64,000 bases of DNA from Octopus sinensis (taxonomy: Eukaryota). The translations under genes and the position numbers were made by a program. Under the pieces are notes generated by a model. That model saw nothing but the letters and a program-made list of their open reading frames with translations, was not told the origin of the DNA and ran no database searches. Each line of letters begins with the position of its first letter. Position 1 is the first letter of the stretch. The DNA is taken from NCBI RefSeq assembly GCF_006345805.1, contig NC_043000.1, forward strand, positions 143,344,001 through 143,408,000, in the 5' to 3' direction. Shown here piece after piece: positions 12,538-27,150 of this stretch.

Positions 12538-12933
12538 CTAGCAGTATCGCCCGGCGTTGCTCGGGTTTGTAAAGGAAATAATTATATAAGCATTTTTAGA
12601 GATGTAAAGTATAATAGCAATCTCAATATGGCTAACCACAAAGGGGGGAGGTGTTACTGTAGCTTGTTACGTTCTGAGATTTAATAATAAATCTTTAGAG
12701 AGTTACTTCCCTTATATATGCCAAAAATGCATTAAAAATGGGGAAAATTGATGATACATTTAAAAAAAAATCCTAGACTCATCGTAGACGCGCGCTAATA
12801 CCCAGAAGGGCTCGATATGAATCACGACTATAAGATACCCGGTTTTGCTTAAACTGCACCGCAAAATATGGGAGTAGTTAGAAATCTAAATCGTAGGAGA
12901 CAGACAGCACACAACCTCTCTTTTATATATAAA
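12538..12933 (-). mobile_element. Non-autonomous Helitron-type element
   Basis: Minus-strand 3' end CCCGAGCAACGCCGGG hairpin then CGATACTGCTAG|T; 5' end resembles T(C)TATATATAAAAGAGAGG. Confidence 0.7.
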
Positions 12934-13377
12934 TATTTCTATCTAAAAGTGTAAGAACTATTAGATCACTATCTACTACATAATAGAAATTCTCATCTAG
13001 AGAAAAGGAATGAGAGTCATAAAAAAAAATATGGGGTTTCTATTAAAAGAGACAGAGAAAATTTTGCTGTAGAGACGAATGTTTCATATGGTGCCTTCAA
13101 GTTAAGCTTTGGAAAAATACACAACGTTGTGCATATTCACATGAAGATTACTTTAAGTGAAGTAATGCTTTTACAGAAAGAATGAAAATGACTATTTTGA
13201 TACAATTAGGTTACTAAATTACGTCTTTTAAAATTTCTGATCACTTTGAAATGTATTACAAGCTTTAAAATCATATTACTGATGTATTTTGAAAAGTAAT
13301 GATATGCATGTACACACACATATACACACATATATGTATATATATATATATATAATATAATATATATATATATACAA

Positions 13378-13412
<35 letters not shown>

Positions 13413-13422
13413 CATATATATA

Positions 13423-13462
<40 letters not shown>

Positions 13463-13487
13463 ATATATATATATATACATGTGTGTG

Positions 13488-13795
13488 TGGAGGCGTAATG
13501 GCCCAGTAGTTAGGACAGCAGATTCGCAGTTGTAGGAGCGCGGTTTCGATTCCCAGACCGGGCGTAGTGAGTGTTTATTGAGCGAAAACACCTAAAACTC
13601 CATGAGGCTCCGGCAAGGGATGGTGGCGATCCCTGTTGTACTCTTTCGCAACAACTTTCTCTCAGTCTTTCTTCTGTTGGCCTGCTCGCTTAGCCAGCGG
13701 GGTGGCGTCATTTGAAGGCTAAAACAATGCGAAACGCATTGTGACCAGCGATTTGTGGCAACATTTGATAGCCTGGTCGGTCACGGTGATCACTG
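13488..13795 (+). mobile_element. tRNA-derived SINE, head family A, tail type 2
   Basis: TGGAGGCGTAATGGCCCAGTAGTTAGG..GGTTTCGATTCCCAGACCGGGCG; tail GGCCTGCTCGCTTAGCCAGCGGGGTGGCGTCATT shared with 20500-20769. Confidence 0.85.
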
Positions 13796-14282
13796 TGATG
13801 TAAATGCATATGATTAAAAACACACAAGCACAAGTTTATATATTCATATATGTATGCGTGTGAGTATGTGTGCATATTTATATAAACCGGCGTGTTTCCA
13901 TGAAAGGGTGACTGTATAAATACACAGAAATATTGTATGAAATAACAGTGTATTTGCTGCGCCAACACACATTATGCTAACTAAAATCTTACACAATCAA
14001 TTTATAAATATCTCCTTTGTTTGGTGTAACTATTTAGGATCTGCTATCGAGTTAACTGTTTTGGTATTTTTTAGTTTCTCGGTTTGATTGAACGATGATC
14101 GGACGGCTTTCCGGTGAGCCAGAAAGTCAATATTAAGTTGTAAGGCAACAGACTTTAGCATAAAGGATGCGCGTGAAAAAGCTCTATAAGACAAACACGC
14201 GGAATACTTCATACAACTATATACACACCCAATTTCCTGTACACATACATGTATATAACATGTATATAACATTAGCTTCAAG

Positions 14283-14640
14283 TTTCATCCAAGACTGGGA
14301 CCACGGGCCATACTTCCCCTGCCCAATTCAAGATCACAACATACATGTACATTTTAACATAATTTCTTTTCCTCAACAGGCCCTGCCCTATTTAACATTG
14401 TCCCGAGGGAGATCAAAGAGGAAAAGGATCCCATCAACTTTAAACGGAGTCTGGATAGATTCCTTCAAATAATAACAGATAAGCCACCCATAATTGGATA
14501 CAACTCACCCAACAAGAACTCACTACTTGAACAAAACTTGACTCAAACAGGATTCGAATAATCCTATCAGGTGGTGCTATTAAGTTAGACATGGCCTGGA
14601 CCAATCTTTGGTCGAAACACATCTAAGTTTATCTAAGTTT
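14283..14640 (+). mobile_element. L2/Crack-like LINE 3' end
   Basis: HPRLGPRAILPLP..(frameshift)..TGPALFNIVPREIKEEKDPINFKRSLDRFLQIITDKPPIIGYNSPNKNSLLE, short UTR, tandem TCTAAGTTTA tail. Confidence 0.7.
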
Positions 14641-15243
14641 ATATATATAAAAAAAACCCGCACAAACACAAACACACAAACTTATGACAAACACACATAA
14701 CTTATTTGGTTGATGTCATATACGCTTATACTAAAAATTAAAGCACCAGGTGGGTATTCTCAGGTAAACTTTATAATTATCATATATAACTATATGCGTG
14801 TGTATGTACATGTATGTGCGAATGTATACCTGCGTGTGCATGTTTGAGGCTGTAAGTGTTTGTATGTGTACACCGCACGAAATGATCACATTACATTTTA
14901 TAGAGTTTATATTGGGAGGCAAATAGCTAGAGATACATTACTAGATTATATTCGACACTTCACACACTAACACACACGCCGCGTAGGTTATCTTTCAATG
15001 TGTCTTTCAATGTGTTTCGTAAATGGCTCCTTATTGGTCGTTAGTGAGGCCAATTTTTATTGGTCATTTTTTTCTCGTCTGTATGAAGGTACGAAACCTG
15101 AATCGTTATCTACACTCACAAACACATACATGTGCGTATGTATGCATGTGTATTGAGAAATACACTCAGACACTTACACACTAATAATGTTACAAATACA
15201 TACATATTTACACACACACACACACATATATATATATAATTAT

Positions 15244-15278
<35 letters not shown>

Positions 15279-15431
15279 GCATTAATACACATACACAAAC
15301 ACACAAGTACCACAGACATACACATACATTATATACATATATACTTTCCGTGTAGTTGTTTGTTCGTGAATTAGTATATACATGCTGCTCATACGTATAA
15401 AATATATGTACGCATATACAAACACATGGGC

Positions 15432-15464
<33 letters not shown>

Positions 15465-15685
15465 TATATTTATATATACACAAAAAACATGTATGCATAT
15501 ATATACATATATATATATATACATAAATATACACATATATATTCATATATACATAATTCATATATACATACAAATGTATATTTACATATGAATATATAAG
15601 TATGTAACATACAAATTCACATATGATATGTTTGTGTCTGTTTATACATGTATAGACATATGCTAGTTATATACGTGTATGTATG

Positions 15686-15754
<69 letters not shown>

Positions 15755-15767
15755 ATATATATATATG

Positions 15768-15829
<62 letters not shown>

Positions 15830-16807
15830 TCATATCGATTGAGAAATCGAGATTAGTTTATATGCGCTCTAGATTTTTTTTTTCCCTGAGTTAAAATACG
15901 TCTGTTCGTGTTAATGTACAACCACACTTACAGTTTTTTGTTTCACTCTACGTATAAAGAACTTTATAGGTGCACATAAATTATACACATCTTTGCACAT
16001 GACAGATCCTGTCAGTCTGAATATAGTCTGGATGAATCAAACATATATGTAGGCTGCATTCTGTGTTATTTTGTTGCTTTCTCTTTTTCCATTTGGCATA
16101 TCTGTTTGTAAATCTGTATTCCACTCTGTATGTATCTTAGTGTGAAAGAGTCTATGTACGTATGTCTGAGCGTGTATACGAGAGTCTGTGTGTTCTTCGA
16201 TACAGGATTTACGCTACTTGCCTTATACGTCTATCAAATGTTGTCCATATCATAATGTGTGATGTAGAATAATACATACACATACAAACATACATACATA
16301 CATAAATACATACATTTACATACATAAATACATGTACGCACACACATATACGTATATATACTACTGTAGATATAACCTCTCCTGATGAGTATTTATTTAC
16401 ACATACATACACACCCATATATATGCAAACGTGTCATTATACACACACACACAGACACACACAACACACACACACATATATATATACATATACATATGTA
16501 CATATGTATGTGTATATATATGTGCATTTACACTGTAGAAACTTAACAGGGCTAGTATAAACCAAGATTAAAGTATTATGTAGTACTAACTTATTAAAGT
16601 AACATGTATGTCAATATGAGCAAATCCGCACTTTCGTCTGACTTTCACTGGGTGCCGCGCTCAGGTAAAAATAGCATTCACCTGGTCGTTTGAAACGGGT
16701 TATCAGATTTATTTGTTACGAGTGTCTTTCTGGTTGCTACCTAAATCCTCGGCTGTCAACCGGACATTTATTCAATGAAATGGCCGATCTTGTATCTGTA
16801 AATCGAA

Positions 16808-16848
<41 letters not shown>

Positions 16849-17406
16849 ATGCGTACATGCACCTATGATAGCGGGTTTAGTTTGTGTGTGTACTTGCTTG
16901 AGCGTTTACAGGTGTGTGTGTGTGGGTGTATGTGTGTGTGCGTGTGTGTGCTCGTGTGAAATGAAATCAAAACACCGTTCAATGCGACTATCTTTAGCTT
17001 TTTTTCAACTATATCTTTCACATAGCTAGAAAATACGTTGTGGTGTATGTTTCTCTATCAGAATTCTGTCTCAGTAACATAGTTTCTTTTCCGATAAAGC
17101 GTAAAAAAATATTCCCTCTTCCTCTCTCTCCATCACACACACACACACACACACACTCACACACACTCTATCATTTTCTCTTTATATAAATATATATATA
17201 TATATTCTCACACATATATTTTGAGAATATTTTACCATAATTGTTACTAGTTTTTTTATTTACTAAATTGACAGATCGTAAATAGTATTGAAGCAAAACA
17301 TGTTTGCAAACTTTGAAAGTGACTGCTTAAGTTCTTAGTGTTACCTTTTAGTCAAAAGATTTAGCTGTGCAAAATGATGTATATGTGTATATTGTATGTA
17401 TGTATC

Positions 17407-17447
<41 letters not shown>

Positions 17448-17453
17448 CACACA

Positions 17454-17500
<47 letters not shown>

Positions 17501-20432
17501 ATATATATATTGCACACTATTCGGCGGAATTTATAGCTGAAGGATACAACCCAGGTTATAATTGTAACCTGATATGCTATATTATACAGTTAGAAATCAA
17601 TATCCAAAACATGTCCAAAAGAATATAACATTTGCTTACGTTTATTTATATTTTGCCATATTAAAGCCTATATGGAAATATGTATCAACGCAGAAAGATA
17701 TGAAATATTTACAACTATAAAAATTCCTTTAAAAATCCAATTCTTTACGCCACCATAACATTCTGTGCGGAACTTCTATTTGGCATGAAGGCATATACGA
17801 AAAAAATTACATTATTTACAATTGATAAATTTCCTATCACTAATATATATGTAATAATTTGAATGAATATAATGTAGAAAAAATAATAGCAATATAATAG
17901 AAGGAAATGCATTTTAGAAGAGCAATCCCAAAATCGGGGATGAATGAAACTTAAGGTAGCTTCAACGAACATTGTAATCCACTTAACATCCAGTAGTAGC
18001 AAATAAATTTTAATATTATGATTTTTAAAAAGAAAAATCCAAGTACACTTCTCTATAGGTAATTTTCTCCTTCTCTCTCTCTCTTTCTCTCTCTGTCTAT
18101 ATCTATCCGTCTCTGTGTGTGTATGTGTTTCCGTCTTCCGTCCTGATATGACTAGCACTGATCAACCAAGAAATGATACCGTCGATCTGTAAAGGACTAC
18201 GCAATTAACTCTAAATTTGAGAAATTGTTCGGGTGTACAAGAATAATGATTATAGTATGAATCAATGTACGTGATGTTATATTATTTCCAATATATAACG
18301 CATTCAGAGAGTGTATATATATATATAAATATATGGTAAAATCTCTTCTTCAGTATTGAAAATATCAATCCAGTAAGAAATATTCAGTAATACGTAATGA
18401 CTAGTTTGTTTTATTTTTCCTATTCGGATATACTGTATATGAACGTACCTATATATATATATATATATATATTTACAAGCAAACATATACCTGTATATGT
18501 GTTGGGGTGTGTTTGTGTTTGTGTACACATGTCAGTATATATGAGTACCTGTGTGTGCTTCTGTATTCTTAACCAAGGGAGAAAACAGTTTAAACTAACT
18601 TTCGAAATCACAAAATTTAAGCTTCATTAATGAACAAAGTACAGAAGTTTACATGATTAAATGGTATTTGACGAAATAAGTAGTCGATTCGTGGGATGTT
18701 CGATATGAACACATCTATCTAGATTACATACATTAAAGTGGACAGAAATGTATATTCAAGTAGATTAGTGGGAGAAATTATTTGAAATTAATTTGAAAAG
18801 TTCTCAGACAGTGTGATTAAATCTAGCGTAAAGGATATGGCAGTTCTCGTTAATCCATATACAAGCTTCCGTTTTTAAGCGTTCATACTGTCAGTCGCAA
18901 ACTACCATCATTCATACGCGTACATATCCACACATTCACATAAATATATAATCTTGAGAGTTGGACATATTATCTTACGTGCTTATATACATACCTTTAT
19001 GCGCACAAATAGAAATGTGCACGGGTATATATGTATTCATGCATGTGTACGTATACTGCAATTTAGTTTTATTTCTAGATTTCTCGGCAATGGAGAAAGA
19101 GCCGTTTTCTAACTTAGATCCATGGCGACTCAATTAGAATTTCAACAGCATCAACAAGTATTTATGAATACCTGCTTGTATTTGTGGGAGTATTTGGCGT
19201 CAGTACATAAGCATATTAGTATGTTTTGCTTTATACATTTATAATCATAGTTTCATCTCTAATCATGTACATATATATTTATATTTTCTTTGATGGTTTG
19301 TATCTGTAGCCTTCTAATAAACTTTCTTCTTGGTTTTGTAAAACTTAATTTCGCCAGACTAGTACTGATGCACCGTGTTACATATGTAAGTCATCCAAAA
19401 TTACACGTATAGATCTAAATTTGTAGTCCGGGTGAAGTTTCTGTATATTTCAAAATAGTACAACATAGGTCTTATATTTTTTGCTGATTCTTAGCTTTGT
19501 GTTGACAACTATTTGGCCGCAGATTTCCACTATTTTCTCTTTGCTGTCTCAAACCGCTATGTTTAGTCGTATGTTCGCATTTTTCTAAGGCTTTCACAAG
19601 AACATCCTGCCGTTCAAGTATTTGGACCTGGAGATTTCCATTTCCAGCGACTTCAAGGGCCACCTCCTAATGGTGTCGGGCGTCAAAGAAGGGCCCTCGC
19701 CTACAACAAGACGACCGAAATTCTTTTTTCCAAGGTCTGGTTCTCCCACCTCTAAGCCCTAAACCATCACCTAATCACCCTTACCCGTCTTGTGGCTTAA
19801 CAACAACAACAACAACATGAACATCCTAATCTCATTATTAGTGGCTATGGTGTCTATGCACTATAGATTCTTATATGTTTCAGGGTTACACTTCCGATAG
19901 ATCCATCGTGCAGTGTCTTGGCTACAATATCAAGTCTCATCGATAGACAATAATGCAATCTTCTCAAAATTGAAGCTTTTCAATTACAGTCAAAAGCGCC
20001 TCATCATTGATGCTGTGTCTTCAATATAAGGTTGGGACAATAATTTCTTTGAATTTCTACTTGTCAAAGAGCTATTTTTCCAGAGGGAATTTATTTGTAA
20101 GTGAAAAAGCTTCTACGACATTTATTGAATGTCCTCACCTCTACGCAAACAACTGCGTGGTTTTGGTAAAATTTCCTGTTAATCAATAATATATGTGTAT
20201 GTGTGTGTGTGTGTGAGTACACATGCGTGCGCGAACAATATACACACACACAACTAAGACACAGACAGAGAGACAGACAGAGTACATCCGAACAGCGGAA
20301 CAGCCTGCTCATGGAATTTTGAAGAATTTATATGACCTTCAGAATTCTGATCACGACACAAATTAGTAATTAATGTCTGCAAAGCCTTTGAAATAAATAT
20401 TGAAATAAATAGGAACATATATATGTACGTAT

Positions 20433-20487
<55 letters not shown>

Positions 20488-20499
20488 TTATTTTCTCTT

Positions 20500-20769
20500 T
20501 TCCGACCAGACCATCAGATGTTGTTACACATCGCTGGTCACAATGCGTTCGCATTGTTTAGCCTTCGAATGACGCCACCCCGCTGGCTAAGCGAGCAGGC
20601 CAACAGAAGAAAGAGTGGGAGAAAGAGTGGTGAAAGAGTACAGCAGGGATCACCAACCCCTGCCGGAGCCTCGTGGAACTTTTAGGTGTTTTCGCTCAAT
20701 AAACACTCACAACGCCCGGTCTGGGAATCGAAACCCCGATCCGGCGACCGCGAGTCCGCTGCGCCTCCA
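20500..20769 (-). mobile_element. tRNA-derived SINE, head family A, tail type 2, A-box deleted
   Basis: Reverse complement homologous to 13488-13795; head reads GGAGGCGCAGCGGACTCG, lacking ATGGCCCAGTGGTTAGGGCA. Confidence 0.85.
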
Positions 20770-20856
20770 TATATATATACCGGAGTAAACACATAAATGT
20801 GAAACAAGGTGGAAAAAAGAGTACTCAAATACCAGTGGTAGAGTAATAGGGCTTCA

Positions 20857-20995
20857 TTCAGTTTCCGTTCACTAAATGTAAGGAAAAGCCTTCGGTCGAC
20901 ACGACGCTATAGTAGAAGTCCCTTACGCTTGGTATCAGGGAGTGGAATTATGCATTAATTGCTGGGAACCAGTCCTTCTACCACACAGCCATATC
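20857..20995 (-). mobile_element. SINE family B, degraded 5' portion
   Basis: GGGCTTCATTCAGTTTCCG..AAAGCCTTCGGTCG..CTATAGTAGAAG..ACCACACAGCCA. Confidence 0.55.
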
Positions 20996-21625
20996 TGCAT
21001 CGATGTATAGAAATAATATATATCTGTGTATGTGTTAGTATATATATATAAATATGTGTGTGTGTGTGTATACTTCAATGCATTTGTCCCCGTTTGTAAA
21101 GAGCGATACATACATACATATAGACACATGCACACACTCCTACGCATATACGCATTCATCGCGAAAGCAATGCTTTACTTAGCAGAGAAGCTGTGATTAA
21201 GATGAAACAAGATGTTCGGCATCTGGCAGAATTCGTTCAATTGAGAATGGCAGTATGTTCTAAATTCTCAACCAGCTGGCATACTAACAAATGTGTACTT
21301 TCAAATCAAATAGACATGCTTTGTAGCTCTCTACGCACACACATATACATACACTTGTATGTATGAATGTATGAATGTACGTATGTATGTATGCATGCAG
21401 GCAAAAATTTGTATAGATAGATAGATGGATAAATATGAATATATACACACAGAGACATGTATTGTGGATGTGTATTTTGTATATACATACACATACACAC
21501 ACACACACAGATATATATACATATATATAAATATATAAGTAGATAGATGTGCTTATATGTATATATATATATTTTCATAAACACACACACACACATATAT
21601 ATATATACATATTACATACATTCAC

Positions 21626-21657
<32 letters not shown>

Positions 21658-22118
21658 TTGCATATATATATATATATATGCGTGTGTGTGTGTGTGCGTG
21701 TGTGTGTGTGTCTTTATGTATCGTCAAACATATCTGTAACATAATTTTATGTACAGATATATGTGAATGCACATATAAATGCGCATATCAATAATCATTG
21801 TCACACACACACACTCTCTTTCACACACACAGACACTCGCACATACAAACACGCACATTCGCACGCACACGCACACACACGCACACACATCCTAGTCAGT
21901 ACATACGTATTCCACGCAGACATTATAAACACACTAACATGGCACGCAGATATTCTGTCTTGCAGTCACGCAAGCGAACATGTACAAGCAACTATGTGTG
22001 ATTTGGTGTATTTATTGGCGTAAACGAAATAATATATACATGCGTCATTTCTCCATGTATTTGGGCCATGCAAACATATTCTCATATCTATGCAGGCTTA
22101 CACATATATACTTTCGGA

Positions 22119-22157
<39 letters not shown>

Positions 22158-22455
22158 ATATATATATATGTATTCTCAAGTTGCATATATATTTGTAGTT
22201 TTGATCATTTATCATATTTTATGTTAGCTCTGAATGTAAGAAATATGGAAGCAATGCAAAGCGACTTTTCCAAGAGATTAATGCCACAGTAATGCCAGAT
22301 ATGACGAGCCAGATTACGGTTTTCTTTCTCTTTTTACATCCCATAGCAGGTAACTTGAAATTGAGATAGATTACTACAAGAGTTAGTTGTGATTTATCTA
22401 TTTGCCTCTATGTGAGGTATACGCACGATTTGTTGTTATTTTTATATCTCCAACA

Positions 22456-22457
22456 TG

Positions 22458-22520
<63 letters not shown>

Positions 22521-22565
22521 TTTATTATCATTATTATTATTGTTGTTATTGTTATTATTATTATT
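22456..22565. repeat. (AAT)n/(ATT)n microsatellite
   Basis: Direct reading. Confidence 0.95.
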
Positions 22566-22730
22566 AGTCAAGCAACGAGCTGTTGGCGACATTTCATCCG
22601 TAGTCACATTTTTCTTTCCATTTCCCGTGAGGTCACCTTCACATTTCATTTCATTGAATCGATAATATAAGTAGTAAAGCTGTACTGGGTTGATGTAATC
22701 GACTAGCCCCTGCCCTCAAAATCTGTTATT
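22563..22730 (+). mobile_element. Degraded Nin-like SINE
   Basis: AAGCAACGAGCTG..CATTTCATCCGT..GTACTGGGTTGATGTAATCGACTAGCCCC, colinear with the 2295-2527 family. Confidence 0.55.
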
Positions 22731-22847
22731 ATTATCATTGGTGATTTGTCTCTGGTTTGTTCTTATTTCTGGTAGAATTTATGTGTATAGTGTGTTACTG
22801 GCAGTAACCTTCGATATCCACAGACTTTCAATTGATTTCCAAGTGCT

Positions 22848-22980
22848 CTTCTTCTTCTTCTTCTTCTTCTTCTTCTTCTTCTTCTTCTTCTTCTTCTTCT
22901 TCTTCTTCTTCTTCTTCGTCTTATTTCTTCTCCTCTTTCATCATCATCATCATCTTCATCATCATCTTCTTCTCCTTTTC
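22848..22980. repeat. (TTC)n followed by (ATC)n
   Basis: Direct reading; long pure TTC run. Confidence 0.95.
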
Positions 22981-23385
22981 ATTATTATTATTATTGATTG
23001 AGAGAGCAGTGCATGACATCAAAGTGACATCGGGGTACCAGTATACGAAGCCCAGCATACCTATCATGACTACTCGCCTGAAACGAGTATACCAGGCACG
23101 TACATCACAACATGTGCGCGACATGGTGATCTTATATCAAGATAAACGGCACAATACCTTGCAGGTTTACGTTTGCGTTACGGTGTAGCGTCCAATGCAG
23201 TTTCGTCAACTTTCTCGTCCTTCTATCCAGTGTAGATATTTCCTCCTTAGTCCATTTGAGGATGGAAGCACTATATCTGACCACCACAACTGCCCAGATA
23301 TTCATTGCGGTAATGAAACTTTTGGCATTCAGGTTGGATTTCAACACCATCTTAACCCTTTTTTGAAACGCCTCGCTGACCTTGA
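22981..23385 (-). mobile_element. R4/Dong-like non-LTR fragment: RT C-terminal piece joined to 3'UTR with (AAT)n tail
   Basis: LKSNLNAKSFITAMNIWAVVVVRYSASILKWTKEEISTLDRRTRKL..LHRNANV matches R4/Dong RT end; 22985-23165 homologous to the 3'UTR at 38283-38450. Confidence 0.75.
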
Positions 23386-23389
23386 TTTA

Positions 23390-23443
<54 letters not shown>

Positions 23444-23758
23444 GTTATTATTATTATTTTTATTATTATCATTATTATTACTATTAGTGTTGCATTTGTA
23501 CAGATGATTAAAATAATTATAAGCGCTTTTCCCAAATAATTCTTTGCTATATTTTTCCTACTCTACCTTCTGGTCTCAAATCTCTCCGAGGTTTGCTTTC
23601 TAACAGGGACGATAAAATAAAGTACCAGATGAGCACTGGTGTCGCTGTGATCGACTCCAACCTTTCCTCAAATTAGAAAGAAATTATTCTTTCAATTTGG
23701 TTGCTGTTGCTATTGATTTTAGAGGAAAAGTTTGAGTGTATGTGGCAGGTGAGCTAAC

Positions 23759-23797
<39 letters not shown>

Positions 23798-24031
23798 ATG
23801 AGAGAGAAAACAGAAAGATAGAGAGATAGAGAGATAGATAGAAAGAGAGAGAGGGAGTGAGTGGGAAAAGGAATTAGAATGAAAGAGTGAAAGAAAGAGA
23901 TAACGTTATAATGGGTGAGTACGTACTTTCTACACTCAATTATGCGGCACCATGTTCGTTCAATATATAGATTACCTTATTCATCAGGTGAACAATTCGA
24001 GGAATATGTGTTGTCCTCGTTGGGAGAATCC

Positions 24032-24071
<40 letters not shown>

Positions 24072-24347
24072 GGATTCCTTTAGACTCAAGGTATTTCAAC
24101 ATGTAAGACTCTGGAAAATGGCTAGATAGAAACTCCATATAGCTTATATTGATGTAAAACAGCGTTGTAGAGTTTAAGTGCCGTCAGGATACCCTAGATT
24201 TGCAAGTAACAAATCCTGTTTCTAACCACCAATCCTACTTACCTGTGGATACTTGGTGTGGCGTAGGTGTAAAATGGTACACAAGAAGTGAGTTTAAAAT
24301 ATATGACCCATGTTTCACAAACCTTTCGTAAACGCTGTTTCTATTCA

Positions 24348-24348
<1 letters not shown>

Positions 24349-24430
<82 letters not shown>

Positions 24431-24608
24431 CCTACCAACCAACCTACCTACCTACCTACCTACCTACCTACCTACCTACCTACCTACCTACCTATACCTA
24501 CCTACCTACCTACCTACCTATCTATCTCGCTAGCTCTCTCCCTCACACACTCTCTGTCTCTCTCTGTCTTTCTCTGTCTCTCTCTGTTTCTGTCTCTCTC
24601 TCACTCTC

Positions 24609-24660
<52 letters not shown>
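24349..24660. repeat. (TATC)n-(TACC)n-(CT)n-(TA)n compound microsatellite
   Basis: Direct reading. Confidence 0.95.
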
Positions 24661-24669
<9 letters not shown>

Positions 24670-24825
24670 GTATACTGTAAAATTAGTAATACTTTTCTTC
24701 TATAAGGATACCACCATTCATTCTGGCATTTTTGAACGTGTAATAAAAATTCGTATATATATGAAGATATATGTATGTATGCATGTATATACATATATAT
24801 ACATACATATATGTATATATAAATG

Positions 24826-24864
<39 letters not shown>

Positions 24865-25138
24865 CATATGTATATGCGTAACATCTTCTGTTTATACTTA
24901 TATATTCCTGACACACACTCTATATATATATATATACATATATAAATTTACATATATATATGTATATATATATATTCAGGTGTGTGGCTATATGTATATG
25001 TATGTGTGTGTGTCTGAATGTATTCACAATAAGTATTTTTGACACGAATTTGTCAAAAATACTTATTTTATCGTATAACCGTATAACCGTTTTGCTGTTG
25101 TTGTGCTGCTGTTACTACTACTACTACTACTTCTACTT

Positions 25139-25190
<52 letters not shown>

Positions 25191-25499
25191 GTCACTATTC
25201 ATTCTGTGCTACGCTTATTTTTACAGTGTTTGCTGGGAGCTATTATTTCTTTTGAAATTTATTGTATCAATAATATTTTTCAAAACATGTTTGCAGTGTC
25301 TGTTTTTTTCCCCATGTATGTCATATGTATATGCGTAACATCTTCTGTTTATACTTATATATTCCTGACACACACTCTGTAATGCGCAGATCATTTCATT
25401 TTTATTTTTCAAAATCCCATATTTTTGAATATTTATATTTTCCATGTTTTTTTATTTTTATTTTCTTCTATTTATAATTTTTTCTCTTGTTCTTTTAAA

Positions 25500-27150
25500 C
25501 ATATTGCTGTCAGCTGAACTTGAAATATCTGTCAGGAGACATTTTCATTTTACTTGATGTTCCTTAAGAGAGAAGAAAAAAAATAATCTATATTGTTTGA
25601 ATTTTTCTCTTTGTATGAACCGGTTTTCAAGAATATAGTCACATTGTTATTTTCTGATGCATTTTGAAATAGTTGTATCACCTCTGATACTGACATAATT
25701 TCCAGTTCATAAATTTAAAATCATCGACATATGCGTCATTATTATCACCACATGATCACCATATTTGTCGTCATTGTCGTAGACACTTTTGTCATCGTCG
25801 ACATCCTCATTATTTTTCAACAATTTCACGCGACTTCTACTTCTACTTCCTGAATTATGTGCAGCATTGTCATTTTGAAATGGCAGATGGTGCTTTTTTA
25901 AAATATTTTCTGTGGTTTGCATTGTTGTGGAATTATGACTAATATATTTCTTGCTAATTTAGTATTTCACTTGTTTACCGTGTCTTCTAAAATTAGTTTA
26001 ATTTTTTTTTTTGAAAGATGCTGTTGGATGCTAATTTCATAGAACATTCACTATGCAGCCAGTGCTAGAGCATCAGTTGCCGATTATGCGTAGTATGTTG
26101 TAGGAATAGTTATACTGTAGTAAGATAAGAATAAATTTGTCTTGTCCTTGGAACTGTTTATCTTCAATATTTGTAAAGTTTTCAGTCTCTTTGACTGGAT
26201 ACATTATTATCTGTTGTTCAAGTCACATTAATATGTGCACACAATCTGGTAGTCTCTGTTCTAAAGCAGTATCATGTCAGTTTGGTTTGGCGCCTTATCT
26301 CTGAAATTACAAGTCATTGATGACCACGACGTGGGTATTTTCCAACAATGTCTCTTAGGGATGCTTCTACTGTTTTTCAACTGCTATTGTTTCAATTCAC
26401 TCAGTTTCTAGAAGCATCAGTTAGTCATCACGATACATATCATATTTTGAAGTATTGGAAACCTATAGTTATCTTGGTATAAAATAGATAATTATATCCT
26501 CACGATTATTAACATTTTGATTCAGTTTCTTGTAGTATGCTTTTAGTAGAAACACTGGTTTCCATCAGAAATTAGCAGGAGTTGGTTCTAAACGTTAGAC
26601 ACCTCGCTGTAGAATTTATTCTGTTAAATGTTTTTGCATCAATTCTTGAGTTTTCTTTATCAGCTGATAGACTTGGATTCATAAGTTTACATATTTTTTT
26701 ATTTAGCAATTAAATTTATTCAGACGTTATATTTATTCAGACATTCATTCTATCGAATGCCTGAAACTTAAAGTTTAATTACGTATTTTCTTATATTGTT
26801 TTACCAGTGCTTATATATTTTCTTTTAATGTTCTGTCAGTAAATTCTGGTATGATTAATACTAAGTATGAGCTTGTATTTATTGAAGTGTATACAGTTAG
26901 AATACATATCATAATCTGCTAGATATTTCTATTCTTCATGTGTACTGAATTGCAATTCATTAGTTTCCTTGTTTATAAACTGCTTCAAATTAATATAGAG
27001 TCCTTTGTTTCTAAACCATGGAAAACTGCACCAGACAATACTTAGATATATCTCTGTAGCTTCCATAACGAGATCAACGACAGTTTGTCACTGGAAATTG
27101 CATATAATATTTTGCGACTGGAAAGAGTTTTTCATCACTAGCATGAGATT
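25500..27150 (-). pseudogene. Unassigned decayed coding-like segment
   Basis: About 1.6 kb free of microsatellites with protein-like stretches between stops (QTVVDLVMEATEIYLSIVWCSFPWFRNKGLYINLKQFINKETNELQF; KKICKLMNPSLSADKENSRIDAKTFNRINST; SEVIQLFQNASEK*QCDYILENRFIQREKFKQYRLFFSSLLRNIK). No family recognised. Confidence 0.3.

Noticed and set aside
17745-18158. Hydrophobic ORF with a GPCR TM1-like GN (ILVIGNLSIV)
   Set aside because: F/I/L/Y richness is expected from AT-rich DNA; there are no other GPCR motifs and the ORF starts in a GA repeat.
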